This document shows positions 49,150 to 60,200 of a DNA stretch of 64,000 bases, one piece after another. The stretch is from positions 320,001 through 384,000 of the forward strand of contig CAWBNQ010000005.1 in the NCBI GenBank assembly GCA_963790205.1, given 5' to 3'. Both the position numbers and the translations under genes were made by a program. The stretch comes from Nitrospirota bacterium (GTDB lineage: Bacteria; Nitrospirota; UBA9217). The notes beneath the pieces were generated by a model that had not been told where the DNA came from, did no database searches, and saw nothing but the letters and a program-made list of their open reading frames with translations. The stretch's first letter is position 1. Every line of letters starts with the position of its first letter.

Positions 49150-50130
49150 TTACCGGGAATTTTTAACATTGACAGGCAGACTGCATGCCGAGCTCAAGTC
49201 GCACCTGTCGCACTCAAGCTGGATCGTGCTGTGTTCGATTTTGAACTTGTCCGCGAGCAGCGCCCTGATCCGGTCGAGGACGTCCTTACTGCCGCTGACG
49301 AGTTGATCTTCGATGAGCACATGGCCGCTCATGGCGTAAACGCCGGACGTAATGGTCCAGACATGGATATGATAGGCCTCACGCACGCCCCTGATCTTCT
49401 GGATTTCCGCGGATATTGTTTCAATATCGATGTGGGCGGGCACGGATTCGAGGAGGATGCTCACCGACTCCTTGACCAGCGTCCAAGCCCCATAAACGAT
49501 CACCAGCGAGATCAGGATGCTGAGGAGCGGATCGATGAGGTACCATCCGGTATACAGTATGATGCCGCCCCCGATCACGACGCCGACGGAGGAGAGGGCG
49601 TCCCCGAGGATATGCAGGTAGGCGCCGCGTATGTTCAGGCTGGCATGGCTGTGCTTCATGAGAACAAAAGCGCCGATAATGTTGGCGACCAGACCGATCA
49701 TCGCGACAATCAGCATTAGCTTACCCGCCACCGGCCGGGGATGAATGATCCGCAAATAGGCCTCATACACGATGTAGAGCGATACGACGACGAGGACGAT
49801 GCCGTTGATCAACGCGGCCAGTATCTCGAGACGGTAGAAACCGAAGGTCCGTCTGTCCGTTGCCGGCATGGAAGCGAATGTCATGGCAAAAAACGAAAGC
49901 AGGAGTGCAAGGTTGTCCGTGAACATATGGCCGGCGTCCGAAAGCAGCGCGAGACTGTTCGATAAAATACCGCCGATCACCTCGACGACCATCATGATAA
50001 CGGTAATTGACAGCGCGATCAGTAGGTCCCGTTTTCCGTTCCCCTGCCCCCTCCCGGCATGAGCATGGTCGTGACCGTGATGATCGTGATCATGATGGCT
50101 ATGTTCCTCAAGCCTTTGTGGTGCGGACAT
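49150..50130 (-). CDS. Cation diffusion facilitator (CzcD/ZitB-like)
   Basis: His-rich N-terminus, SLALLSDAGHM and HILGD. Confidence 0.93.
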   Translation of the reverse strand: MSAPQRLEEHSHHDHDHHGHDHAHAGRGQGNGKRDLLIALSITVIMMVVEVIGGILSNSLALLSDAGHMFTDNLALLLSFFAMTFASMPATDRRTFGFYRLEILAALINGIVLVVVSLYIVYEAYLRIIHPRPVAGKLMLIVAMIGLVANIIGAFVLMKHSHASLNIRGAYLHILGDALSSVGVVIGGGIILYTGWYLIDPLLSILISLVIVYGAWTLVKESVSILLESVPAHIDIETISAEIQKIRGVREAYHIHVWTITSGVYAMSGHVLIEDQLVSGSKDVLDRIRALLADKFKIEHSTIQLECDRCDLSSACSLPVNVKNSR

Positions 50131-50147
50131 ACAACGCGATACTCCTC

Positions 50148-50966
50148 TTAACGTGGTTTCCAGAAATTCAGTTCTGTCACCGAATTGATCGCCCCGAGCT
50201 CCGCGGCATACCCGTAAAAAGCGAGGAGTCCTTTTTGCTCTTCATCGCCGAGATTGTAGCTGAATGAAGTCCAGTAATCGATGAGGACCTGCGCGGGAAT
50301 GCCGAACCGATCGGCGTGAACTCGGGCCAGTTCCGGGATGTTCTCCAAGCCATAAGACTTCGATAATTCAAGTATATCATAAAGCACCACGAGGTCCTTA
50401 TCGATATTTTTTTTGTAGTTCAACTGCCAAAGGGCAAAAACGAAGGGCAGGCCCGTGAAATCGTGCCAAAGCGCACCCAGATCGTACACATAGGGATGGG
50501 TCGGCGTGGCCTTGAGTTTGAGCGCCAGGTCTCCTATGAAAAGGGCCGCGTCCGCCCGGGCAAAGGGGTCCTCTTTGCCCTGTTCGAACATGACATAGTT
50601 GGGATGAACATCCTGCCGCTGTTCAAGCAGTATCCGCAGCAAAACGAGAGAGGTCGCCGACGCCGTCGTAAGAGCGATTGTTTTTTTTTCGAGTTCAACG
50701 ATGGGCACACGGCTCTGAAGGATGATGCTCATGACCCTGTTTCTCGACGTAATGGACAGGCCCGGCAGAAGAAGGTATCGCCCCGCATTCACGGCGTATT
50801 CTATGGACGACGACGGCGAGACGTCTATCTTGCCCTCGGAGAGAAGGCGATTCAGCTCCGTGGGGACGCCTTCCACAAGCCTGAATGGAAAGGCCGTTTT
50901 CCCCGTGACGATCCCCGCATGGGGAGGGAAACAGTTGGAATAGATGATATGACCGAGTGTGAGCAT
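50148..50966 (-). CDS. mqnA: Chorismate dehydratase, futalosine menaquinone pathway
   Basis: IYSNCFP, PTELN, SATS, IGDLAL and DLGALW..FTGLPFVFALW motifs. Confidence 0.88.
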   Translation of the reverse strand: MLTLGHIIYSNCFPPHAGIVTGKTAFPFRLVEGVPTELNRLLSEGKIDVSPSSSIEYAVNAGRYLLLPGLSITSRNRVMSIILQSRVPIVELEKKTIALTTASATSLVLLRILLEQRQDVHPNYVMFEQGKEDPFARADAALFIGDLALKLKATPTHPYVYDLGALWHDFTGLPFVFALWQLNYKKNIDKDLVVLYDILELSKSYGLENIPELARVHADRFGIPAQVLIDYWTSFSYNLGDEEQKGLLAFYGYAAELGAINSVTELNFWKPR

Positions 50967-50977
50967 GTTCGTTAATT

Positions 50978-51217
50978 TCAAATGCTGAGATCCAAATGCC
51001 AAATCAAGTTTAAATGGCCCAATGCCACACCTGCACGTTCATTATTCGCTCTTTGACTTTCCTTATGAATGAGCTTATCTTCCGAAAATTTGACTGCTTC
51101 ATTCTCCTTGGGCGCCGCATCATAAGCGTCCTGGATCGTATATACCCTGTTCCCGGCGGATACCGTGTTGACGCTCAGCATAAGCATCAGACAGCTCATG
51201 AGGAATTGATTTTTCAT
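50978..51217 (-). pseudogene. Truncated TolC-like N-terminal fragment
   Basis: Signal peptide then YTIQDAYDAA..NE, coupled to the tetR stop and ending abruptly. Confidence 0.45.
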
Positions 51218-51915
51218 CGTAACGAACCTCTCGCGGAATGAAGGGGTTTGGTCCCTTTCCCGAGACACAGGCCGTCAAAGAACATATCCGTGACAAATTT
51301 GCCGAACCCTTGTGCGTTTAAATTCAGCTTTTTTCCGGTGATATATTCGGCGATCGGTCTCATGATAAAGCTGTGAATGACCATGCCGACAAGGCTGAGG
51401 ATCGCCTGGGCAGGATCGAGCTTTTTCAGTTCTCCGCTCTTCATACCCTCTTTCAGGATGTTCGCGAGCTTGTCATAGCCATGGGTAAAGAAATTGTCCG
51501 CAATCCATTTGCAGTTTTCGCTGCAGGCCGCAAACTCCATGGACATGATCTTTCTGAGTTCCTCGTTGGAATGCTGGAAGCGGATAAATTCTTCCAAATA
51601 CCTCTGGATCTTCGCCCTGGCCGTTGCCGGCGATCTGAAGATCTCATGTTCCCAGATGTGGTCGAACGCGTTAAAAGAATCGGCCAAAACCGCCCGGTAG
51701 AGCTCCCCCTTGTCTTTGAAGTGATAATAAATCATGGCGTTATTGACGCGCGCGACTTCGGCAACTTCCCGCGTTGAGGCCCCCTCGAACCCGTACCGTG
51801 CGAACACGTTCCTCGCCGCAGCCAGGATCACCGCACGGGTGGCCAGATCAGGTCTTGCAGGTTTCGGACGCCTGCCGATGATCGCTTTTTTCAGTTTGCG
51901 TTTTTTCCCCATCAT
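51214..51915 (-). CDS. TetR/AcrR family regulator
   Basis: ILAAARNVFARYGFEGASTREVA...IYYHFKDK. Confidence 0.93.
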   Translation of the reverse strand: MMGKKRKLKKAIIGRRPKPARPDLATRAVILAAARNVFARYGFEGASTREVAEVARVNNAMIYYHFKDKGELYRAVLADSFNAFDHIWEHEIFRSPATARAKIQRYLEEFIRFQHSNEELRKIMSMEFAACSENCKWIADNFFTHGYDKLANILKEGMKSGELKKLDPAQAILSLVGMVIHSFIMRPIAEYITGKKLNLNAQGFGKFVTDMFFDGLCLGKGTKPLHSARGSLR

Positions 51916-52210
51916 CAGATTTAATCAATCGGTTAGTTAATTAATGCTGCTCAGAATACCTCACAGGGCATTTGCTGTCAAGTTGATTTTACTCATCGGG
52001 TCCGGGGTCACCTAAAGCATTAAAGCTTTTTCCGTCCGCTACTTCTTCTGATTGAAAATTGCCCTCGAAAGGATCCGGGGAAAGAATGTCAGGGCATGAA
52101 ATGAATCATCTTCGAGCGGCATTGAGAAGGGGGGGGTGCATGAACAGGTCTGAACAAGTTTGTGTCAGAAACCTTCAAAGGCGGCTATCAAAGGCTGTAT
52201 CGAGACCGGT

Positions 52211-52618
52211 CTAATTTTTTTGCCGTGCAAGATCTTCAAAATTGGTTTTCTTCAGGGTGTCCGTGAATTTGGCCTGCGCCGCGGCCCATACGGAACTCAC
52301 CGGACAATTTTTAGAAAAACTGCATTTTTTTTTGTCTGCAAGGCAGACATTGATGCATATTTTCCCCTCTATCGCTTCGAGCACCTCGAGCAGGGTTATG
52401 TCCCGCGCCTGTTTGGCAAGAGAAAAACCGCCCTTTACGCCCCGGTAGGAGCGTACGATCCTCGCTTTGACCAGTTTTTGGAGTATCTTGGCCAGAAAAC
52501 TCCTTGGTATTTTGTATTCGTCCGAAATTTCAGTGACAAAGCTGATTTTTTTAAAAGGCTGGCGGGCCAGATACAAGACACTGCGTATTCCGTAATCACC
52601 CTGTCGAGTAATCTGCAT
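52211..52618 (-). CDS. Rrf2 family transcriptional regulator
   Basis: DYGIR, FLAKILQKL and RGVKGGFSLA motifs; three Cys. Confidence 0.93.
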   Translation of the reverse strand: MQITRQGDYGIRSVLYLARQPFKKISFVTEISDEYKIPRSFLAKILQKLVKARIVRSYRGVKGGFSLAKQARDITLLEVLEAIEGKICINVCLADKKKCSFSKNCPVSSVWAAAQAKFTDTLKKTNFEDLARQKN

Positions 52619-52824
52619 GATATTTACTATATCAAACCTGCCGTTCTTGTCAAGCTAAACGATGGAATTATTCATGAGCGCGCGTTCGTCGACCTGAACA
52701 GGTGTATTCGTCCGGTATTTTGTGGTACAATAAACACCGAAGGATGCATACCTGCAATATCATGCAGGGAGGCAAAGTTGAAATTAAGCCGGGATCCCCG
52801 CTCACGGCCGGTCACCGTCATGTC

Positions 52825-53379
52825 ATGGGTGTAATTCGAGATCCGATACCAGTAAAGCTCTTTACCGGCATGCTCTCTCCGGAACCAGCGCTCCTCGTTG
52901 ACTGCGTCGGCTTGCTCTGTGCAGCTTACGGACCGCTCGATTACGAGAGTGATGTCATGCCTTGGGACACAACGGATTATTACCGCAACGAGATGGGAAC
53001 TGCGATCTGTCGAAAATTCATTTTTTTTAAAGAACTGGTAGATCCCGGGGTATTGGCTGCAGTGAAAAAATTCACCAACGGCATCGAGGAACGGTATTCC
53101 CTGAGAATGCCGTCCGGCATTCGCCGCCGGATAAACCTGGACCCCGGTTACATTACCGAAGCCAAGGTCGTGCTTGCATCAACCAAAGATTTCTCCCACC
53201 GCGTGTATATCGGGGGGAATATCTATGGGGAAGTGACCCTTCGATACAGCAGCAAGGAGCGGAGCTTTACTGCCTGCGACCATACTTATTTCGATTTCAG
53301 AACGGATACCTACAGGCTTCTGTTCAACACGGCGAGGGACATGCTCCGTGAAGGACTGAACCAGATGCGGGAGAGATGA
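52825..53379 (+). CDS. DUF4416 family protein
   Basis: TDYYRNEMG, RRINLDPGY and LASTKDFSHRVY motifs. Confidence 0.85.
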   Translation: MGVIRDPIPVKLFTGMLSPEPALLVDCVGLLCAAYGPLDYESDVMPWDTTDYYRNEMGTAICRKFIFFKELVDPGVLAAVKKFTNGIEERYSLRMPSGIRRRINLDPGYITEAKVVLASTKDFSHRVYIGGNIYGEVTLRYSSKERSFTACDHTYFDFRTDTYRLLFNTARDMLREGLNQMRER

Positions 53380-53405
53380 GCGAGGGTTAAGCAGCCCGGC
53401 AGTCT

Positions 53406-53930
53406 TCAAGCCGTTGCTGAAGCTGCCGAGGGGGTTTGTTTCTGCGGTAGAGACGCTTCGGTGATAAATGCTTTCGAGGCTTTCACGGTGTCCGGCGGAA
53501 GAAACTCATGTACCGGTAGATGGATCCGATCAAAAGGATGGATGTCTCGCTCAAAAAAACTGATGTGTAGTTTATCCCACGTGATAAATTCCTTTACGGA
53601 CTGCCGGATCTGCTCATGAACCATCATTTCGATGACTTCAAGGCTGACCTTGCCGCTGTTCACTAAAAGACCCCCGAGCGGTGTATCGTACCTCTGCTTC
53701 TGAAGCTTGAGCGTTGCGAGGAGTTCCGCCTCGGTAAGAACCCCTTGTTCAACGAGCAGATCGCCGATGGCGCGCGAATAGGGGGAAAATGCCTGGAGGA
53801 TACTGCCGTCCCGAAAAACCATGCTCCCTATATTGTTGCCGGACTCGAGCACAAGTTCGCCTGTTCGCGCCTTCAGGCCGATAAGAAGTAAAATATCCTG
53901 CAAGATAAGTTCTGAAAATTCACATTTCAT
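53406..53930 (-). CDS. DUF4388 (PatA_N-like) domain protein
   Basis: LQDILLLIG..RTGEL and IGDLLVEQG..LKLQ..PLGGLLV. Confidence 0.75.
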   Translation of the reverse strand: MKCEFSELILQDILLLIGLKARTGELVLESGNNIGSMVFRDGSILQAFSPYSRAIGDLLVEQGVLTEAELLATLKLQKQRYDTPLGGLLVNSGKVSLEVIEMMVHEQIRQSVKEFITWDKLHISFFERDIHPFDRIHLPVHEFLPPDTVKASKAFITEASLPQKQTPSAASATA

Positions 53931-54154
53931 AATGATGATTTATTTAACCACAAAAAGATAATGATGTCAAAGGAGAAAATGTCCAGTTTGCGGAATTATT
54001 AATCGCAGAACGACGTTGATTTCAACGGCGCGAACACGGAAATAGGTCTCTTGTTCACGTTCGCGCTTGCCGGCGACGCGGATATTTCCCTCCAGATCAC
54101 GACCACGGCCGACCGTATCGGCAGAAAAAAGATGCCTATCCTAGGCGTGGTAAA

Positions 54155-54186
54155 AAAGAACGGCCTCTGGGAAGAGGCCGTTCTTT
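54155..54186. terminator. Intrinsic terminator downstream of bfr
   Basis: AAAGAACGGCCTCT-GGGA-AGAGGCCGTTCTTT hairpin preceded by an A-tract. Confidence 0.75.
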
Positions 54187-54229
54187 ATCATGCATATAGT
54201 ACGTTGAGAGAAAATGTGGAAGGGCAGCC

Positions 54230-54697
54230 TCAGTCGATCTGCTCCACGAGGTAGTTCTGCGGGCCCAGCTGCTTGATCTGGTCTAACTGGGCCTCTATCC
54301 AGTCGATGTGATCTTCTTCCTCTTTCAGGATAGACTCGAAAAGCTCACGCGTACCGTTGTCCCCCACCTCGACCGCCGCCCGGACGCTCTCGTTGTAGCC
54401 TTTGATGGCCCCTTCCTCGGCGCCCCGGTCGTTTTCGTGCATCTTCGGCACTTCGGCTCCTATAAACATTTTCTTCAGGTCGCTCACGATGGGGCGGCCT
54501 TCGAGGAACAGAATGCGGGTGATGAGCTTTTCAGCGTGCTTCATCTCGTCGATGGCCCGTTTCTGGATCGCCTTGTGCAGCTTTTCGTAATTCCAGTTGT
54601 CGCACATCTCCGCGTGGACCATGTACTGGTTGATGGCGGTCAGCTCCTCGGCCAGCCGCGCGTTCAGGTGCTCGATGATCTTTTCGTTCCCCTTCAT
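54230..54697 (-). CDS. bfr: Bacterioferritin
   Basis: ELTAINQY, DEMKHA, RILFLEG and EEDHID motifs. Confidence 0.96.
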   Translation of the reverse strand: MKGNEKIIEHLNARLAEELTAINQYMVHAEMCDNWNYEKLHKAIQKRAIDEMKHAEKLITRILFLEGRPIVSDLKKMFIGAEVPKMHENDRGAEEGAIKGYNESVRAAVEVGDNGTRELFESILKEEEDHIDWIEAQLDQIKQLGPQNYLVEQID

Positions 54698-54827
54698 AAC
54701 TAGGACCTCCCGTGATATATGGTGAACCGATGCATACGCATGAACTCGTATCGCAATTGGTTTTATAGAATTGTAGCAGGCTTCCCGTCGATGTCAAGCA
54801 TAGGACGGATTTTCTTCAATAACTTCA

Positions 54828-55172
54828 TTAGTGCTTTGAGTGTTTTTTCAAGGGTACTGAACGTTCTGATTTCTTTCCGTTCTGCTTTTTCATTTTATCG
54901 ATATACTTCTGGGGGTCTTTTTTGAATGCTTCCGCGCAATCCGGGCAGCAGAAGCGATATGTTCTGCCTTTAAATTCGTATGTGATTTTCGTGTCTTTGT
55001 CTATCTCCTCGCCGCTCACCGGACAGACATCGGTCGCTGGAGATGCCGCCTTCTCTTCGTTATGCTCATGGGCAGTCACGAGATTGCCGCTTGTAGAGAA
55101 TGCGAAAGACGCTCCCGACCCAATGACAAACAGGGACAATAAAATTACTGCGGTTGCTGTTTTTCTGAACAT
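54828..55172 (-). CDS. YHS-domain exported protein
   Basis: CPVSGE...YRFCCPDCAEAFKKDPQKY. Confidence 0.85.
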   Translation of the reverse strand: MFRKTATAVILLSLFVIGSGASFAFSTSGNLVTAHEHNEEKAASPATDVCPVSGEEIDKDTKITYEFKGRTYRFCCPDCAEAFKKDPQKYIDKMKKQNGKKSERSVPLKKHSKH

Positions 55173-55185
55173 ATTCTTCCTCCGT

Positions 55186-55386
55186 TTATTTCGAAAAATC
55201 CGAAATCCCCAAAATAGATGGCCTATTCGCGGTCCTTACGCATGAAAGCGAGAGGGGCGCCTTTCTTGACCCCGATCTCCTCCCCGACGAGCACGCCCTG
55301 TCCATAAGTCCTCGCTTGAGCGGACCGAGCGACCCGATTCGCGTGATTTTCCCTTTTCCACCGACCTTCAGCATTGCCAGATTCAT
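55186..55386 (-). pseudogene. feoA: Degenerate FeoA
   Basis: Single-base loss in the LMDMGV motif and truncation after APL. Confidence 0.65.
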
Positions 55387-55637
55387 TGTTCAATCCTCAG
55401 TACCATGATTTTCATTGCCATACCCCGGCCGAGGGCGATCCTGGACTCATCGACTCTGATCAGGATCGAGTCCTCGCCTTCGTCGTTCAACATCTCGACC
55501 ATCTTCTCCGTCCGCAGCCCGATATCCTCAATGTGACAGAGTTGGCTGCTTCTGCCGGCGTCGGGAGTGCATTTGTCCCCGCGTAGTTCGAGGACTTCAC
55601 CCCGATCTCCATTTGTTAATAAGCCCAATGGCGCCAT
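55383..55637 (-). CDS. feoA: FeoA family protein
   Basis: EDIGLR...ESRIALGRGMAMKIMV. Confidence 0.85.
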   Translation of the reverse strand: MAPLGLLTNGDRGEVLELRGDKCTPDAGRSSQLCHIEDIGLRTEKMVEMLNDEGEDSILIRVDESRIALGRGMAMKIMVLRIEQ

Positions 55638-55651
55638 GCTTGTTTACCCCC

Positions 55652-56431
55652 TTAAAATCTTTTCGTGACACCGGCGAGATAGGTAATATCGGTTTCCGGC
55701 TTGTTCAATCCGGCTTTTACGCCAGCGTCTAAATCGAAGCTCTCGGTGATCGAATAGATGATGCCGCCGAGCGAAAAGGCCGGAGCAATATTTGACCTCT
55801 TGTCAGAATTCCTCTCCATGCCGATATTTGCGACCGCCTTGAGGTCTTTAACAACCTCCGCTTGCGAAGCAAGAGAAACATGCCAAATCTCCTTCCGGTT
55901 GGCGTCTTCGTCGGCCTCGAGCTTGTACTCATTCCGGATATAACCTACATTGAAATGAAATGCCCAGGGCGCCATGTCCTTTGTCGTGATGAAAAACGCG
56001 CTGTACGACGTCCTCCCGTTACCGAAACCCTGCTCTTCATCTCCCGGGGGCAGGGTGACGCCGGGTTTCACCGCAAAGCTCAAACCGTCTTTTTCGTAGA
56101 ATCTCCATTTGAGCTGGAGCGATACATCGGAGATTCCGCGTTCAGTCGTCGTACCGCCGGTCAGCTTAAGTTCTCTGCTCTCAAAGGGAACGCCGAGGAC
56201 GAAGTCCACGGTCTCGCTTATCCCGTAGGACAACACCGGTATCGTGGGAAACACCAGGGTGTTCGTCGTGCTTCCGTCTTCATTGTCATGTCCATACTCC
56301 CCGGCGAATTCGAGCTGCGCTTTTCCTTTTCCCTGGGTCCCGGTGTCATCAGTGATCAACGGATGCGCGGCAAAGGCTGTTCCAGCGGTTAGCAGCGTCA
56401 CGACTACCGGCCAAAAAAGCCGTTTAAGCAT
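55652..56431 (-). CDS. Outer-membrane beta-barrel transporter (MetA-pathway-like)
   Basis: AHPLITDDTGT, GISD..LKWRF and terminal Phe. Confidence 0.8.
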   Translation of the reverse strand: MLKRLFWPVVVTLLTAGTAFAAHPLITDDTGTQGKGKAQLEFAGEYGHDNEDGSTTNTLVFPTIPVLSYGISETVDFVLGVPFESRELKLTGGTTTERGISDVSLQLKWRFYEKDGLSFAVKPGVTLPPGDEEQGFGNGRTSYSAFFITTKDMAPWAFHFNVGYIRNEYKLEADEDANRKEIWHVSLASQAEVVKDLKAVANIGMERNSDKRSNIAPAFSLGGIIYSITESFDLDAGVKAGLNKPETDITYLAGVTKRF

Positions 56432-56461
56432 TTTTCTTTATTTCCCCGCCTAATATGATAT

Positions 56462-56476
56462 TGATAATCAATTTCA
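56462..56476. promoter_or_regulatory. Fur box
   Basis: TGATAAT-C-AATTTCA 7-1-7 site upstream of the OMP-feoA genes. Confidence 0.7.
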
Positions 56477-56535
56477 TCTTATGGAGCAAAATATGGGCGC
56501 GTTGTAACGCGCCCTGTTACCATTTACAAATCTGT

Positions 56536-57243
56536 TTACACTTTTTTTACAAATATTTCTTTCGTAATATCTTTGTCCACGGCAACCATGGTCTCGCCGA
56601 GCTGGATCACGTAGGAGGGTCTCTTCTGGTGCAGTTTGACCACACTGCCGGGCACCACTCCCATGGCCGAAAGACGATCGAGGCGCGAATGCGACTCGGG
56701 CGTGATGAATACGATCTTCGCCATATCTCCGGGCATCAGATCGGCGAGCGGCGCCACGAGGGGTTTCATCTCCTGCTTGAACATGGCGCAACATTCTCCA
56801 CGCGGGATCGGCTTGCCGTCCGGTGAATTCGGCGGGTGGCCAAGCAGGGTGCAGACGCTGTCCGTAACCTCGGGAGAAAGGATATGCTCGAATTTGCAGG
56901 CCTCCGCTTCGGCGCCGTCCAGGGCAAAGAGATCATAAAAAAGACGGAGAGAAAGTCGATGCCTGCGGACCAGCTCCCGGGCGCGTTTCTCTCCTTTCGG
57001 GAGCAGCTCCACGGCCTGTCCCTTGGCGTTGATCCACCGGCTTTTAGACAATTCCTTCAAAATATCCTCGCATCCCTTCATGGCGCAGCTTTGAAGGATC
57101 TGGTCCCACGTCAGCGTCCCCTCTTCTCTCAAGGTCCACATGATCTCAAGAAGCTCGTCTTCTTTTTCTATTTCCGGCAGAACGCACAGCGCCGGGTGGC
57201 CCGCTTTTCCTTCAACAGTTTCCAGTCTTTTATGTTCTGACAT
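56536..57243 (-). CDS. DtxR/MntR-like metal regulator with FeoA domain
   Basis: VRRHRL, ACKFEH and LGHP...PDGKPIP motifs; C-terminal FeoA. Confidence 0.85.
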   Translation of the reverse strand: MSEHKRLETVEGKAGHPALCVLPEIEKEDELLEIMWTLREEGTLTWDQILQSCAMKGCEDILKELSKSRWINAKGQAVELLPKGEKRARELVRRHRLSLRLFYDLFALDGAEAEACKFEHILSPEVTDSVCTLLGHPPNSPDGKPIPRGECCAMFKQEMKPLVAPLADLMPGDMAKIVFITPESHSRLDRLSAMGVVPGSVVKLHQKRPSYVIQLGETMVAVDKDITKEIFVKKV

Positions 57244-57357
57244 TGTTTCTCCTCTTTTTTATATCGATGAACGACGGGCGATCGCTCGCCCTGCTTGCCC
57301 GGACGATGGACGATCGGATTTGTCGTCACTCGTCCCTCGTCTACCGTCTCTCCGGCT

Positions 57358-59341
57358 TTACAGCGCCACTTTCAGCGTCCTCAGCACCCAGTTCAGAACG
57401 CCACCCACGGCGAAAGCAAAAGGGAAGATGAACGCCACCATATACAAGGCGACCTTCATGCCTTGTTCCTTTACCATCATGAAAAAGTTCGCGATGCAGG
57501 GAACGAACAGGGTTATCACTACCAGACTTACGACGGTTTGGATCGGGTCGAGCATCCCCTGTTTCTGCATCACGAACAGACCGGCGGCGCCGTAATCCCT
57601 GCGCAAAAACCCGATCACGAAGGCTTCGGCGGCCTTGCTCGGGAGGCCCAGACACGCCTACGACCAGCGGGTCGGTCAGCCTTTGTATATATTCGAGCGC
57701 GCCGACCTTGTGCCCCACGAAGAGGATGAACGTTCCCAGGATGAAGAGCGGTACCGCTTCCTTCAAATACCACTCCACCCGCGCAAGGGTCTTTACCAGG
57801 ATATTCGTAAGCTGCGGCACCCGGATAGGTGGCAGCTCAAGAACGAAATCGGACGGCTCGCCGGGGATTACCTTGGCTCCAAGATACCCCACGAGCAGCA
57901 TGACCAGGACCACCGTCCCGATCCATATGGCCGTCGCAAAACCGGAGATGCCGGACACCATGCCGAGCACGACGCCGAGCTGCGCGGAACACGGCACGCC
58001 GAGCGCCAGGAGCAGCGTCACAAGCATCCGTTCCTTTTTGGTCTCAAGGATCCGCGTGGTGAGCGTGGCCATGGTGTCGCAGCCCAAGCCGAGAATCATC
58101 GGCAGCACTGCCTTTCCGTTCAGCCCCATGATCTTGAAGGTTTTGTTCACCATGACCGCGAGCCTCGGCAAATAGCCCGAATCCTCCAGGATGCCGAAGG
58201 CAATGAAAAAGAACCCGACGATCGGCAGCACGATTGCGATGGAATACGTGAGCGCCATGGTGATCAGGCCGTAGTCCCCTACCAGGAGATCATGGATGAA
58301 CGGCACGGGAAAGACGAAATCCACGATCTTCGTGCTCCAGGGGTTCAGGTATCCGCCGAATACCGTCTTCTCTAAAAAGTTGACTGCTGTCCCCGCCCCG
58401 AGAACGCCTACGAACTGATAGACAAGATAAAGCACCACGAGGAGGACCGGCAGGCCGTAGACCGGGTGCATGGACCAGCGGCCGAGATGATGCGCGATCG
58501 TGGAACGTTTCCCTGCTTCATGACGGCTCATGACCTGCGCAAGGATCTCGTCGGCTTTTTTCATTCTGCGCTGGTTGATGAGATAGCCGAGAGAGTTATT
58601 AAATTTGGCCTGGACTTCCTGGCGGATTTTTTCAATCCCCGCTATCACATGGTCCTGCAGATTGGCATGGAGCCATCCTTTGAGGCTTTCGTCGCCGGCG
58701 AGAATCATGAGAGCTAGCGCACGCCGGGAAATATACGCCTCCGGAAGATAAGCTGCAATGTCTCTCACGCCCCCCTCGATCGCGTCCTCATATCTCACGC
58801 CGACCTCGGACCGGCGCGGGTGCTGAATGCCTTTCAATAATTTATCGATTCCGCTCCTCCGGATTGCCACGGTCTTGACCACTTCTATGCCGAGAATGTG
58901 AGAGAGCTTTTCCTGGTCAATGAGGATACCGCGGCTTTTTGCTTCATCATCCATGTTGAGGTCGAGAATGAACGGCACTTCCATTTCCGCAAGCTGGAGC
59001 GTGATCAACAGGCCGCGGCGCAAGTTCTTGGTGTCGGCCACCTGCACAACGACGCCGGCCCGGTCGGTAAGCAACATGTCCCTCGTCACTTTTTCATCTT
59101 CGGACATGGGCACCAGGCTGTTCACTCCGGGGGTATCAATTACGAGGCTGCGTATTTTGTTCAACATGGCATTCCCGTACGTCACCTCAACCGTGGTGCC
59201 CGGATAGTTGGATACCGTAACATATTTCCCCGTCAGCAGGCCGAAGAGCGCGCTCTTCCCGACATTGGGATTTCCGATCAACAGGACTTTGTTCAAGTCC
59301 CCGTGTTTGTCTGTGATGTCTTTGCCGCTGTGGTCGTGCAT
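57358..59341 (-). CDS. feoB: Ferrous iron transporter FeoB; +1 frameshift near 57653
   Basis: GNPNVGKS, NYPGTT, DTPG, LEDSGYLPR, PCSAQ and FVPCIA motifs. Confidence 0.94.
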
Positions 59342-59376
59342 TTTTCCCCGATTCTCCCCTTCACCGTTTCTTCAAC

Positions 59377-59823
59377 TCATTTGTCTTTTTTCTTCTCCTG
59401 GCAGCCGCCGCAAAGACCGTAGAGCTCCAGCTTGTGGTTCTGCACCTGGAATCTGTTTTTTTTGGCGACATCCTGCTGGAGCTGCTCGATGCGTTCGTTC
59501 TCGAATTCGATGATCCTGCCGCACTTCGTGCAGATCAGGTGGTCGTGGTGCCCGTCGGTCGCACGGTACTCATAGCGTGTAAATCCATCCTCGAACCGCC
59601 GTTCTTCAGCCATGCCTGCGCCGGCCAGCAGTTTCAGGGTCCGGTATACCGTAGCAAACCCGATGCCGGGATATGCTTTTTTCACGCGGGCATATAGTTC
59701 TTCCGCGCTCAGATGGCGGCCTGCTTCTACAAACACCTGGAGGATGTTGTCTCGCTGGGTCGTCGATTTGAGCCCTTGGCCCGCAAGGTAGTCCGATAGC
59801 TGTTCAGCGGCGTTCTTTCGCAT
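59377..59823 (-). CDS. fur: Ferric uptake regulator
   Basis: HLSAEELY, ATVYRTL, HHDHLICTKC and YGLC..C motifs. Confidence 0.95.
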   Translation of the reverse strand: MRKNAAEQLSDYLAGQGLKSTTQRDNILQVFVEAGRHLSAEELYARVKKAYPGIGFATVYRTLKLLAGAGMAEERRFEDGFTRYEYRATDGHHDHLICTKCGRIIEFENERIEQLQQDVAKKNRFQVQNHKLELYGLCGGCQEKKKDK

Positions 59824-59829
59824 AATTTG

Positions 59830-59852
59830 ATATTGAAAACCATTTTCAATAT
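59830..59852. promoter_or_regulatory. Fur box upstream of fur-feoB
   Basis: ATATTGAAAA-CCA-TTTTCAATAT palindrome. Confidence 0.78.
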
Positions 59853-60200
59853 GAGACTCCTTATACCATGGTGTACCGCGGGCTGTCAAGATGTTTTTAT
59901 CTGAAAAAAATGAAGGCCACTCGAAAAAGAGCGGCCTTCATCGCATCAGAACCATTTGCTATGCGCTAACTAGAAATCTACCTGTTTGTCTCTTTCCTGG
60001 TTCCTCAGCAGGCGCCCGGAAGCAGATCCCTTGGCATAGACTCTTGACAATGCCCTGGATCGCCGTGACAACGGCCTCGTTCGAGCCTGGGTCGGCCGCT
60101 GTCACAGCCGTGGAAGGGACGGTACCAGCAGAGACAGAACAAGAACGATAATCACACGCTGTTTGAACATGTCTTGATCCTCTCGGCGCATCACCACCTG

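Noticed and set aside
55186..59823. Magnetosome-associated feo cluster
   Set aside because: No mam, mad or man genes are visible
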